DNA from: Gammaproteobacteria bacterium
GTDB lineage: Bacteria > Pseudomonadota > Gammaproteobacteria > SZUA-229
Length of the DNA stretch: 64,000 nucleotides
NCBI GenBank assembly: GCA_029882395.1
Contig: JAOUKT010000010.1
Coordinates: 1,032 to 65,031 of the forward strand
Direction: 5' to 3'
The notes beneath the pieces were generated by a model. The model was not told the origin of the DNA, ran no database searches, and saw nothing but the letters and a program-made list of their open reading frames with translations. Below are positions 56,591-64,000 of the stretch, piece after piece. A program made the translations under genes and the position numbers. Positions within the stretch are counted from its first letter, which is position 1; each line of letters starts with the position of its first letter.

Positions 56591-58810
56591 ATGAGTGATG
56601 AAATGGATGCAGCCAGGCAAGGTTTCCAGGTAGAAGCAGAAGAGTTACTGGAAGACATGGAAGAAGCGCTGCTGCATCTTGAAAATGAGCCGGGTGATAT
56701 GGATGCAGTCAGTGCTATTTTCAGAGCGGCGCATACCATAAAAGGCACGGCCGGCGTTTTTGGTTTTGATGATGTGGTGTCATTCACGCATGTCGCTGAA
56801 AGTTTGCTGGATCTGATCCGTGATGAAGAAATAAAAATCAATGATGACATTATCGCGGTACTGCTAAAGTCGGGCGACCATATGGCCGATCTGGTCAACT
56901 ATGTTGTTGAAACTGAAGCTGCGGTGACAGAAGAGCTGCTAACAACAAGTAATGAATTAATTTCACAACTCGAAGCATGCATGGGCAAGAGCAGTGGCGC
57001 AGCTGGCAGTGAGGTTGAAGAACAAACATCAAATGTTGAAGCGGTGAGCCGTGAAGAAACAGTTAAAACAAATAATGATTACTGGCATATATCATTAAGG
57101 TTCGGGCTGGAGGTATTAAAAGGCGGTATGGATCCGCAGTCGTTTATCCGTTATCTACAGCGGATTGGCGAGATTGTTTCAATCACCACGCTTGTCGATA
57201 ATGTGCCAGCGTTAAATCAGATCGATCCGGAAAATTGTTATCTGGGTTTTGAGATCGGCTTTGATTCAGATGAAAACAAAGAGTCGATAGAGTCAGTGTT
57301 TGATTTTGTTAAAGAAGACTGTCAGGTTCGCATATTACCGCCTGACAGTTTGATAAGCGAATACCTTGAGCTGATTCGTGAGCTACCAGAAGAAGACTGG
57401 ATGCTGGGTGAGATTTTATTAAAGTCAAAGGTGCTAACACGAAAAGAACTGCAAAGCATGCTCACTGTTCAGCAGAGCATTACCAAGTCCGGCAATGAAC
57501 AACCCTTAGGTAAAATTCTGGTCGATGCCGGTGTGGTTGATCAGCAGGTAGTATCGGCTGCTGTTGAAAAACAACAGGTTGTACGCGGCAAGAAAAAAGG
57601 CGAGTCGAAATCTGTCAGGGTTGACGCGGTTAAGCTGGATGCACTTATTAACCTGGTGGGCGAACTGGTGATTGCAAATTCAAGCTCATTCCTGCTGGCT
57701 GAAAAAAGTGAAAACTCTGAGTTAATGGAAGCTAATTCTATTACAGCGAGATTAGTAGAAGAAATCCGGGACAGTGCATTACGTTTGAGAATGGTGCAGA
57801 TAGGCGATACCTTTAACCGTTTTCAGCGCGTTGTGCGTGATGTGAGTCGCGAGCTTGGAAAAGACATTGAACTGTCTATCAGCGGTGCGGAAACTGAGCT
57901 TGATAAAACCGTGGTCGAGAAAATAGGCGACCCGTTAATGCATCTGGTTCGTAATTCCATGGATCATGGTATTGAGAGTTCTGAAGAAAGAGAAAGCAAT
58001 GCAAAGCCAGCAACAGGAAAGCTAAGCCTGAGCGCATATCATGATTCTGGCAGCATTGTGATTGAGGTGACCGATGATGGTCGCGGGCTTGATAAAGAAA
58101 AATTACTCAATAAAGCGATTGAAAAAGGCTTGCTCAAAGAAGGCGTGTCGTTAACCGATGCAGAGATTTACCGTCTGATTTTTGAAGCCGGTTTGTCTAC
58201 AGCAAAAGAAGTGACCAATATTTCAGGTCGCGGCGTAGGCATGGATGTGGTGAAACGAAATATCGAGTCTTTGCGCGGTTCTATCGATGTTGAAAGCGAG
58301 GTTGGCATTGGCTCAACGATTCGCATACGACTGCCGCTGACATTGGCCATTATCGATGGCTTTCTTGTTGGCGTTGAAAATGCCTCATATGTCATTCCGC
58401 TGGATACGGTTATTGAATGTGTCGAGCTATCTGAAGAAGACAGGCTTGCCTCTTTAGATAGAAGCTATATTAATCTGCGCGGTGAAGTTTTGCCTTTTAT
58501 CAGATTGCGGGAAATGTTTCAGCACGGAAACGGCACAGTTAGCCGTGAAAATATTGTGGTGGTGCAATATGCAGGAAAAAGAGCGGGCATCGTTGTTGAT
58601 GAGCTTCTGGGTGAATTGCAGACAGTGATAAAACCACTAGGGAAAATATTTAGTCAGCTCTCGGGAATCAGTGGCTCAACTATTCTCGGTTCCGGTGAGG
58701 TGGCTGTGATACTGGATGTGCCTGCACTGGTTGGGCGTGCAGCTGAATCAGAAAGCAGCACGATAGTGAAGGGTGCTACTAGTTCCATCTTACAGATAAG
58801 CAGTCATTAA
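56591..58810 (+). CDS. cheA: Chemotaxis histidine kinase
   Basis: HPt FRAAHTIKG, KLDALINLVGELVI, HLVRNSMDHG, DDGRG, SGRGVGMDVV, C-terminal CheW domain. Confidence 0.97.
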   Translation: MSDEMDAARQGFQVEAEELLEDMEEALLHLENEPGDMDAVSAIFRAAHTIKGTAGVFGFDDVVSFTHVAESLLDLIRDEEIKINDDIIAVLLKSGDHMADLVNYVVETEAAVTEELLTTSNELISQLEACMGKSSGAAGSEVEEQTSNVEAVSREETVKTNNDYWHISLRFGLEVLKGGMDPQSFIRYLQRIGEIVSITTLVDNVPALNQIDPENCYLGFEIGFDSDENKESIESVFDFVKEDCQVRILPPDSLISEYLELIRELPEEDWMLGEILLKSKVLTRKELQSMLTVQQSITKSGNEQPLGKILVDAGVVDQQVVSAAVEKQQVVRGKKKGESKSVRVDAVKLDALINLVGELVIANSSSFLLAEKSENSELMEANSITARLVEEIRDSALRLRMVQIGDTFNRFQRVVRDVSRELGKDIELSISGAETELDKTVVEKIGDPLMHLVRNSMDHGIESSEERESNAKPATGKLSLSAYHDSGSIVIEVTDDGRGLDKEKLLNKAIEKGLLKEGVSLTDAEIYRLIFEAGLSTAKEVTNISGRGVGMDVVKRNIESLRGSIDVESEVGIGSTIRIRLPLTLAIIDGFLVGVENASYVIPLDTVIECVELSEEDRLASLDRSYINLRGEVLPFIRLREMFQHGNGTVSRENIVVVQYAGKRAGIVVDELLGELQTVIKPLGKIFSQLSGISGSTILGSGEVAVILDVPALVGRAAESESSTIVKGATSSILQISSH

Positions 58811-59098
58811 GTTGATGATGAAAAAGCTGATGCCGTTTGATAGTTGTGATGTGTCTAGTCTTGAGTTGTCAGCGATTACGGGAAAGCACCAGGCTCATAA
58901 GTTGTTATTATTCATCAGTAGCAGGGCTATGACAACTTTGCGGTGTTTTGAAAGATATAACAGCTGTAACAAGAAACCGTCGTTTTAATATGCTTGAGCA
59001 AATTAACTATTTAAAAAATATCGTCATAAACAATGTGCGTGATATTCAGTCGATACACGGCCGTATACAGATGCATAAATAAGGACCTGGAGAATAAA

Positions 59099-60793
59099 AT
59101 GTCACTATTAAAAAACATGAAAGTAGGTGCGAGAATTTATACCGGCATTGGCGTGCTGATGATTGGTATCATATTTCTTTCACTCCTGACTATTAGCTCA
59201 CTGAATACAATAGGCAATGAGCTTGCGAGCATTGTTGAAAACGATATTCCTTTAACCACGCGAGTGACAAAAATTACTGAACATCAGCTGCAGCAGGCTG
59301 TCCTTTATGAGCGCATGGTCCGATACGGCGAGGCCGGCTCGGGAGATTCGCACGCAGCTGAAAAATTTGAGCACTATGCAAAAGAATTCGAAAAGCTGGC
59401 GCATAAAGTTGAAAAAGAAATTAAAGAGGCTGAGGCTTTTCTTGAGCAGACAATAGATCATCTGGAAACAGATGCTGAGCGAAAAGAGTTTGAAAAGGTA
59501 GCCAAAGCATTCAAGTCAATCGAAGGCCATCATGATGGCTTCGACCGGCATGTGCTTGAGGTTGTGGGCCTGCTAAGGCAGGGCAAAATTTCTGAAGCTA
59601 AAGTAGAAGAAGAAAAAATTGAAGCTGAAGAAGATAAATTGAATCATGAATTAGAAAGTCTGGTGAATGAGTTAGAGTCTTTTACCGAAGCTGCAGCTCA
59701 AACAGTGTTAAGTCATGAACGATCCACATTGTTGACGGTGATTATTGTCAGTCTGTCGACACTTATTATTGGTGGCCTTGCAGGTTTTATGGCAGCAAGA
59801 TCAATAGTGAGGCCAATGAATGCAATGCAAGCTGCGGCTTATGATCTAAATGAAGGAGAGGGCGACTTAACTCAGCGCTTACCAGATTTTGGGAATGATG
59901 AAATAGGGCAGACTGCAGATTCATTTAATGGCTTTGTTGAAAAAATACAAAATGTGATGCTGGAAGTCAGCAGTTCGGTTGATAATATTTCCTCTGGCGC
60001 GGAAGAAATCAGTGCAACAGCCCAGACCTTAAGTCAGGGTGCGACAGAGCAGGCGGCCTCTATAGAAGAAACCAGCGCTTCGTTGGAACAGATGGGCGCT
60101 TCAATTAATCAAAATGCGGATAATGCAAAAACCACAGATTCTGTCGCCAGTAAAGCCTCGGTTGAAGCACAGGAAGGCGGAGCAGCGGTTGAAGAAACTG
60201 TGACCGCAATGAAAAATATTGCAGAAAAAATCAATATCATAGAAGACATTGCTTACAAGACAAACTTGCTGGCCTTGAACGCGGCGATTGAAGCGGCAAG
60301 AGCCGGTGAGCACGGCAAAGGTTTTGCAGTGGTTGCGGCAGAAGTGCGAAAGCTGGCAGAGCGCAGTCAGGATTCAGCTCAGGAAATTTCAGAGCTGGCC
60401 AGCAATAGCGTAATGATCGCTGAAAAAGCAGGCAGGTTGTTAAATGAAATCGTGCCGGGTATTCAAAAAACAGCGGATTTAGTCCAGGAGATTACAGCCG
60501 CATCGGAGGAGCAGGCTGCCGGTGTGGGCCAGGTTAACACCGCGGTGTCACAGCTTGACAAAGTGGCGCAAACCAACGCGTCAGCTTCTGAAGAATTAGC
60601 GGCAACTTCCGAGGAAATGAGTTCACAGGCCATTCAGTTACAGAATGTGGTCAGCTTCTTTAAAGTGGGCGACAGCGCGACGACAATGAGCGCCGATTTT
60701 TCGCAGGCTCCGCAGCAAAAAAACAATATTCAGTCGCCCGTGAAAGCCGTCGGAAAATCACATAATGAATCGGACTTTGAGCGCTTCAGTTAA
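59099..60793 (+). CDS. Methyl-accepting chemotaxis protein with helical sensor, HAMP and pentapeptide tail
   Basis: TM-sensor-TM-HAMP (GDLTQRL...DEIG); [30 protein letters not shown]; C-terminal DFERFS; ATG 59099 after GGAG. Confidence 0.95.
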   Translation: MSLLKNMKVGARIYTGIGVLMIGIIFLSLLTISSLNTIGNELASIVENDIPLTTRVTKITEHQLQQAVLYERMVRYGEAGSGDSHAAEKFEHYAKEFEKLAHKVEKEIKEAEAFLEQTIDHLETDAERKEFEKVAKAFKSIEGHHDGFDRHVLEVVGLLRQGKISEAKVEEEKIEAEEDKLNHELESLVNELESFTEAAAQTVLSHERSTLLTVIIVSLSTLIIGGLAGFMAARSIVRPMNAMQAAAYDLNEGEGDLTQRLPDFGNDEIGQTADSFNGFVEKIQNVMLEVSSSVDNISSGAEEISATAQTLSQGATEQAASIEETSASLEQMGASINQNADNAKTTDSVASKASVEAQEGGAAVEETVTAMKNIAEKINIIEDIAYKTNLLALNAAIEAARAGEHGKGFAVVAAEVRKLAERSQDSAQEISELASNSVMIAEKAGRLLNEIVPGIQKTADLVQEITAASEEQAAGVGQVNTAVSQLDKVAQTNASASEELAATSEEMSSQAIQLQNVVSFFKVGDSATTMSADFSQAPQQKNNIQSPVKAVGKSHNESDFERFS

Positions 60794-60812
60794 TAAAGAA
60801 GGTGGAAAGGTT

Positions 60813-61340
60813 ATGAAAGATATCGCGACTGTAGACGCATCTCAGGAAGATATGGCAGCTGATGACGTCAACCAGTACCTCACCTTTGTTCTGGGTGGAG
60901 AGAACTATGGCGTCAGTATTCTGGTGATTAAAGAAATACTTGAATACCATGAACCAACAACAGTGCCGATGATGCCTGACTTTATACGTGGTGTGATTAA
61001 TTTACGAGGCAGCGTTGTCCCGGTTGTGGATTTGTCCTTGCGTCTCGGCAAGGCGGGCACTGAAGTAGCAAAGAGAACCTGTGTCGTCATTATTGAAATA
61101 CAGCATGAAGATGAACGCATGGAAATTGGTGTGGTGGTTGACGCCGTCAATGAAGTGCTGGATATTCCGCCGGAAAATATTGAAGCAGCGCCAAACTTCG
61201 GTGCCAAAATTCGTACTGATTTTATTAATGGAATGGGTAAGGTAGACGAAAAATTTGTTGTTTTATTAAATATAGATCACGTGCTCTCAATAGAAGAACT
61301 GTCTATGGTCGGTGAGGTTGCTGCTCCATCAACACTTTAG
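60813..61340 (+). CDS. cheW: Chemotaxis coupling protein
   Basis: QYLTFVLG, GVINLRGSVVPVVDL, VVDAVNEV. Confidence 0.95.
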   Translation: MKDIATVDASQEDMAADDVNQYLTFVLGGENYGVSILVIKEILEYHEPTTVPMMPDFIRGVINLRGSVVPVVDLSLRLGKAGTEVAKRTCVVIIEIQHEDERMEIGVVVDAVNEVLDIPPENIEAAPNFGAKIRTDFINGMGKVDEKFVVLLNIDHVLSIEELSMVGEVAAPSTL

Positions 61341-61376
61341 GCCTAAGAGAATCGGGTTTTTTATTAGTTATATTAA

Positions 61377-62183
61377 ATGAATATATTTGAGATCACAGAC
61401 AAAGAGTTTAAAAACTTTCAGGGCTTTATTTACGATGAGGCCGGCATTAGCATGTCGGACTCTAAGAGACAGCTTGTTTTAAACCGTTTGTCAAAGCGCC
61501 TGCGACACTATGGTATGAGCCGGTTCCGTGATTATTTTGATCTGGTGCATAGACCTGAAAACCACCATGAAAAGCAAATGTTAATAGATTTGCTGACGAC
61601 TAATGAAACCTACTTTTTCAGAGAACCCAAACATTTTGACTTTATAGCGTCAGAGATGCTGCCTTCGTTTAAGGGCAGGAGTTTCCGCTGCTGGAGCGCT
61701 GCCTGTTCGAATGGCGCGGAGCCCTATTCACTGGCAATGGTGCTTGATAATAAACTCGGCACGGGTCGCTGGGACATGCTGGCCACAGATATCAGTTCAC
61801 GAATGCTCGAGACAGCTAAACAGGCATGTTATTCTATGCAGGAAGCTGAAAAAGTGCCGGGGCAGCTATTGATTAAGTATTGCTTAAAAGGTGTGCGCTC
61901 ACAGCAGGGCGTAATGATGATTGATAAAAAGCTAACGCGCAATATTCAGTTCAAGCGCATGAATCTGAATGGCAGTATTCCGGATAGCGGAAAGTATGAT
62001 CTTATTATGTTAAGAAATATAATGATCTATTTTGATATCGAAACAAAAAAGAAACTGGTTGAAGATTTGATTTCAAGATTGTACCCCGGTGGTTATTTAA
62101 TTATCGGTCACTCAGAAACGCTGAATTCGGTTACTCAGAAACTAAAGCTGGTAAAACCCTCAGTTTACAGACTGGAACCGTAA
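61377..62183 (+). CDS. cheR: Chemotaxis methyltransferase
   Basis: TTNETYFFRE, WSAACSNGAEPYS, ATDIS, RNIMIYF, GHSE. Confidence 0.95.
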   Translation: MNIFEITDKEFKNFQGFIYDEAGISMSDSKRQLVLNRLSKRLRHYGMSRFRDYFDLVHRPENHHEKQMLIDLLTTNETYFFREPKHFDFIASEMLPSFKGRSFRCWSAACSNGAEPYSLAMVLDNKLGTGRWDMLATDISSRMLETAKQACYSMQEAEKVPGQLLIKYCLKGVRSQQGVMMIDKKLTRNIQFKRMNLNGSIPDSGKYDLIMLRNIMIYFDIETKKKLVEDLISRLYPGGYLIIGHSETLNSVTQKLKLVKPSVYRLEP

Positions 62184-62189
62184 ACGGCG

Positions 62190-62672
62190 ATGTCAGAGAT
62201 CTTTCTGTTGCCGGGGGAGTTTTATTTTGGTGACCAGCATAAAAAAATAAAAACACTGCTGGGCTCTTGTGTCGCAATAACTATGTGGAATAAACGTTTG
62301 AAGATTGGGGGCATGTGTCATTTTAAATTACCGCGGCGCCATGTTGATAGTAAGACCCGTCTCGATGGTAGTTATGGTGATGAGTCCATGCTCTTGTTTA
62401 TGAAAAGCCTGAGTCAATATGGATTACGGCCTGCAAACATGGTGGTTGGTGTTTTCGGTGCCGGTGATATGTTTTTAAGTTTGTCTGAGAATAATGATAA
62501 ATCCATTGGCAAGCAGAATATCAGATTGGCATTTCAGTTGTTAGATAAGCTGGGTTTCGGCATTACACACGAGTCGCTTGGTGGCTATGTCTCCAGAAGA
62601 ATTGCGCTTGATATTGAAACCGGGGTGGTAAAGGTTCAGAGCCTGGATATTGAGCAGCAGAAGTGGCTGTAG
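62190..62672 (+). CDS. cheD: Chemoreceptor glutamine deamidase
   Basis: TLLGSCVA, GGMCHF, FGAG, IGKQN, LGG...R. Confidence 0.9.
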   Translation: MSEIFLLPGEFYFGDQHKKIKTLLGSCVAITMWNKRLKIGGMCHFKLPRRHVDSKTRLDGSYGDESMLLFMKSLSQYGLRPANMVVGVFGAGDMFLSLSENNDKSIGKQNIRLAFQLLDKLGFGITHESLGGYVSRRIALDIETGVVKVQSLDIEQQKWL

Positions 62673-62685
62673 AGTCTGAATTGTT

Positions 62686-63360
62686 TCAGGCTGTGTCTTC
62701 CAGTTTAGGCACCTCAAAGATTTCATTGTAATTGATCCAGTTGATGAGCTGGCACCAGCCTGTCAGGTCTTTCTGTTTTTTCCAGTTGGGCAATTCAAAC
62801 AAACTGGTGCCGGTGCTGGTGCTGGTAATATAGTTTTGAGTATCGCGTAATGAGGCGATGAAGTCGATATCCAGTTTATCGATAAAGCGCTTCAGGGAAT
62901 TATATATCTTTGTCTGCCGGCGAACCCGGTTGGCAATAATGCCGATTCTGGGTTTATTGGGTAAGTGATTATATTGTTGCATGATGTCGTGTATCAGTCG
63001 GCCTGCTGCGCGAATATCCAAGGGCGAGGGCAGGATTGGTATTAAGATGGTATCGGCTTTTTTTAACAGGGCAAGCATTGCTTCGCCATCCAGTCCTGCC
63101 GGTGTGTCCATTATCACGTACTCTGCCTCATCGGGGATATGGTAATCCTCTTGCCAGGCGGCAACGGATAAGATTCTGGGGTTGTCTTTAGAGCGGCACC
63201 GTAACCAGTCGGTGCTGGAATGTTGTTTATCAAAATCAGCCAATGCCACCTGTACACCCCAGCATGCAAAGAAGCTGGCGATATTGACGGAGATAGTGGT
63301 TTTGCCACAGCCGCCCTTCGAATTCAATATCAGAATGTGGTGCATATTAGTCAGTGTCAT
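62686..63360 (-). CDS. ParA/MinD-family ATPase (orphan)
   Basis: Deviant Walker A KGGCGKTT, DFDKQ, IMDTPAG, PSPLD, LRDTQNY; start at 63360 or 63345. Confidence 0.88.
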   Translation of the reverse strand: MTLTNMHHILILNSKGGCGKTTISVNIASFFACWGVQVALADFDKQHSSTDWLRCRSKDNPRILSVAAWQEDYHIPDEAEYVIMDTPAGLDGEAMLALLKKADTILIPILPSPLDIRAAGRLIHDIMQQYNHLPNKPRIGIIANRVRRQTKIYNSLKRFIDKLDIDFIASLRDTQNYITSTSTGTSLFELPNWKKQKDLTGWCQLINWINYNEIFEVPKLEDTA

Positions 63361-63534
63361 TAATTGCCGGTGATTAGTGTAAATATAGCTTATCAGCTCA
63401 TACATTGTAGTAATTTTGTTAATTTAGCCGCTGGCAGACTCAATAAAAGTATCTACACTTATATTATTGCTGTTTAATAGTTGTCTTCTGCATTTTCCTC
63501 CCGTTGCGGGTTTTGTATAAATTAGTTTTGAAAT

Positions 63535-64000
63535 ATGGCCACACAAGCATCAAAAAATAAATACAACGTCGCTATTTTAGAAGACAAACAGACATGTTGT
63601 TTAGCTTCTTTACTGCGGGGGCAGTATTATGATGTCTCGCTGTTTGAAACTGGCAGGGCTTTAGAGCTTGCTTTCAAAGAAAACATGCCGGATGTACTTG
63701 TCATAGATTTTGAATTTGCGATAAAAAACGGCGTGTCTTTAAAGGAAATAAAGTCCTTTGGTTTCCCTGTCATCAGGGTGTCTGAGAAAACAGATATTCT
63801 TGACCGGCTATCATCAATTAGAGACGGTTGCTCATATTTTCTGTCCAAGCCTGTTGAGAAGCGCTCTTTAGTTAGCGCTATTGAAAACCTGATCGCATCA
63901 CGTGACATGGTTCCCTACCGGGTGTTAATGGTCGATGATGATGTGGTAACGATGGAATACCATTCCGTTTTGCTGGAGCAAAAAGGCGTTGTTGTAAAAC
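63535..64000 (+). CDS. Multi-receiver response regulator (PleD-like), truncated by window edge
   Basis: Not in ORF track. Manual translation MATQASKNKYNVAILED...PDVLVID...FLSKPV...PYRVLMVDDD gives two tandem REC domains, open to the window end. Confidence 0.8.
   Translation, partial: MATQASKNKYNVAILEDKQTCCLASLLRGQYYDVSLFETGRALELAFKENMPDVLVIDFEFAIKNGVSLKEIKSFGFPVIRVSEKTDILDRLSSIRDGCSYFLSKPVEKRSLVSAIENLIASRDMVPYRVLMVDDDVVTMEYHSVLLEQKGVVVK

Noticed and set aside
1-64000. tRNA, rRNA, integrase or prophage genes
   Set aside because: None recognised by eye; tRNAscan-SE and Infernal were not run, so small RNAs could have been missed.

Overview
Chromosomal window from a Gammaproteobacterium, probably a marine sulfur oxidiser (inferred from soeABC with divergent moaA, a clade-D beta-carbonic anhydrase and a SoxH-like metallo-beta-lactamase). 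Most of it is housekeeping or metabolic: rpmB/rpmG, folB/folK/pteridine reductase, uppP, cmoAB, rimO, cca, yaaA, mazG, glcDEF, an alanine-glyoxylate-type aminotransferase and a DyP peroxidase. It also holds a complete cheB-MCP-cheY-STAS-cheA-MCP-cheW-cheR-cheD cluster (likely class F8). There are two visibly AT-rich accessory patches. The first (~13.1-16.3 kb) carries an orphan lipoprotein. The second (~38.2-44.4 kb) carries a decayed LuxR/alpha-beta-hydrolase gene, a large Ig/vWA lipoprotein, a dead RAYT transposase and an orphan beta-barrel. I saw no tRNA, rRNA, CRISPR array or prophage. The best leads are: (1) a two-subunit Na+:solute symporter followed by a cNMP-CBS-nucleotidyltransferase (DUF294) translationally coupled to a DEDDh exonuclease, a candidate writer/eraser signalling pair; (2) two paralogues of an unrecognised secreted two-Cys protein family; (3) the vWA-lipoprotein/beta-barrel island; (4) a short single-POTRA Omp85 gene abutting an EamA gene; (5) a dispersed AAGTC-core heptamer repeat family and a ~130-bp palindrome inside the soe operon. 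All family calls come from motif recognition by eye; no searches were run.
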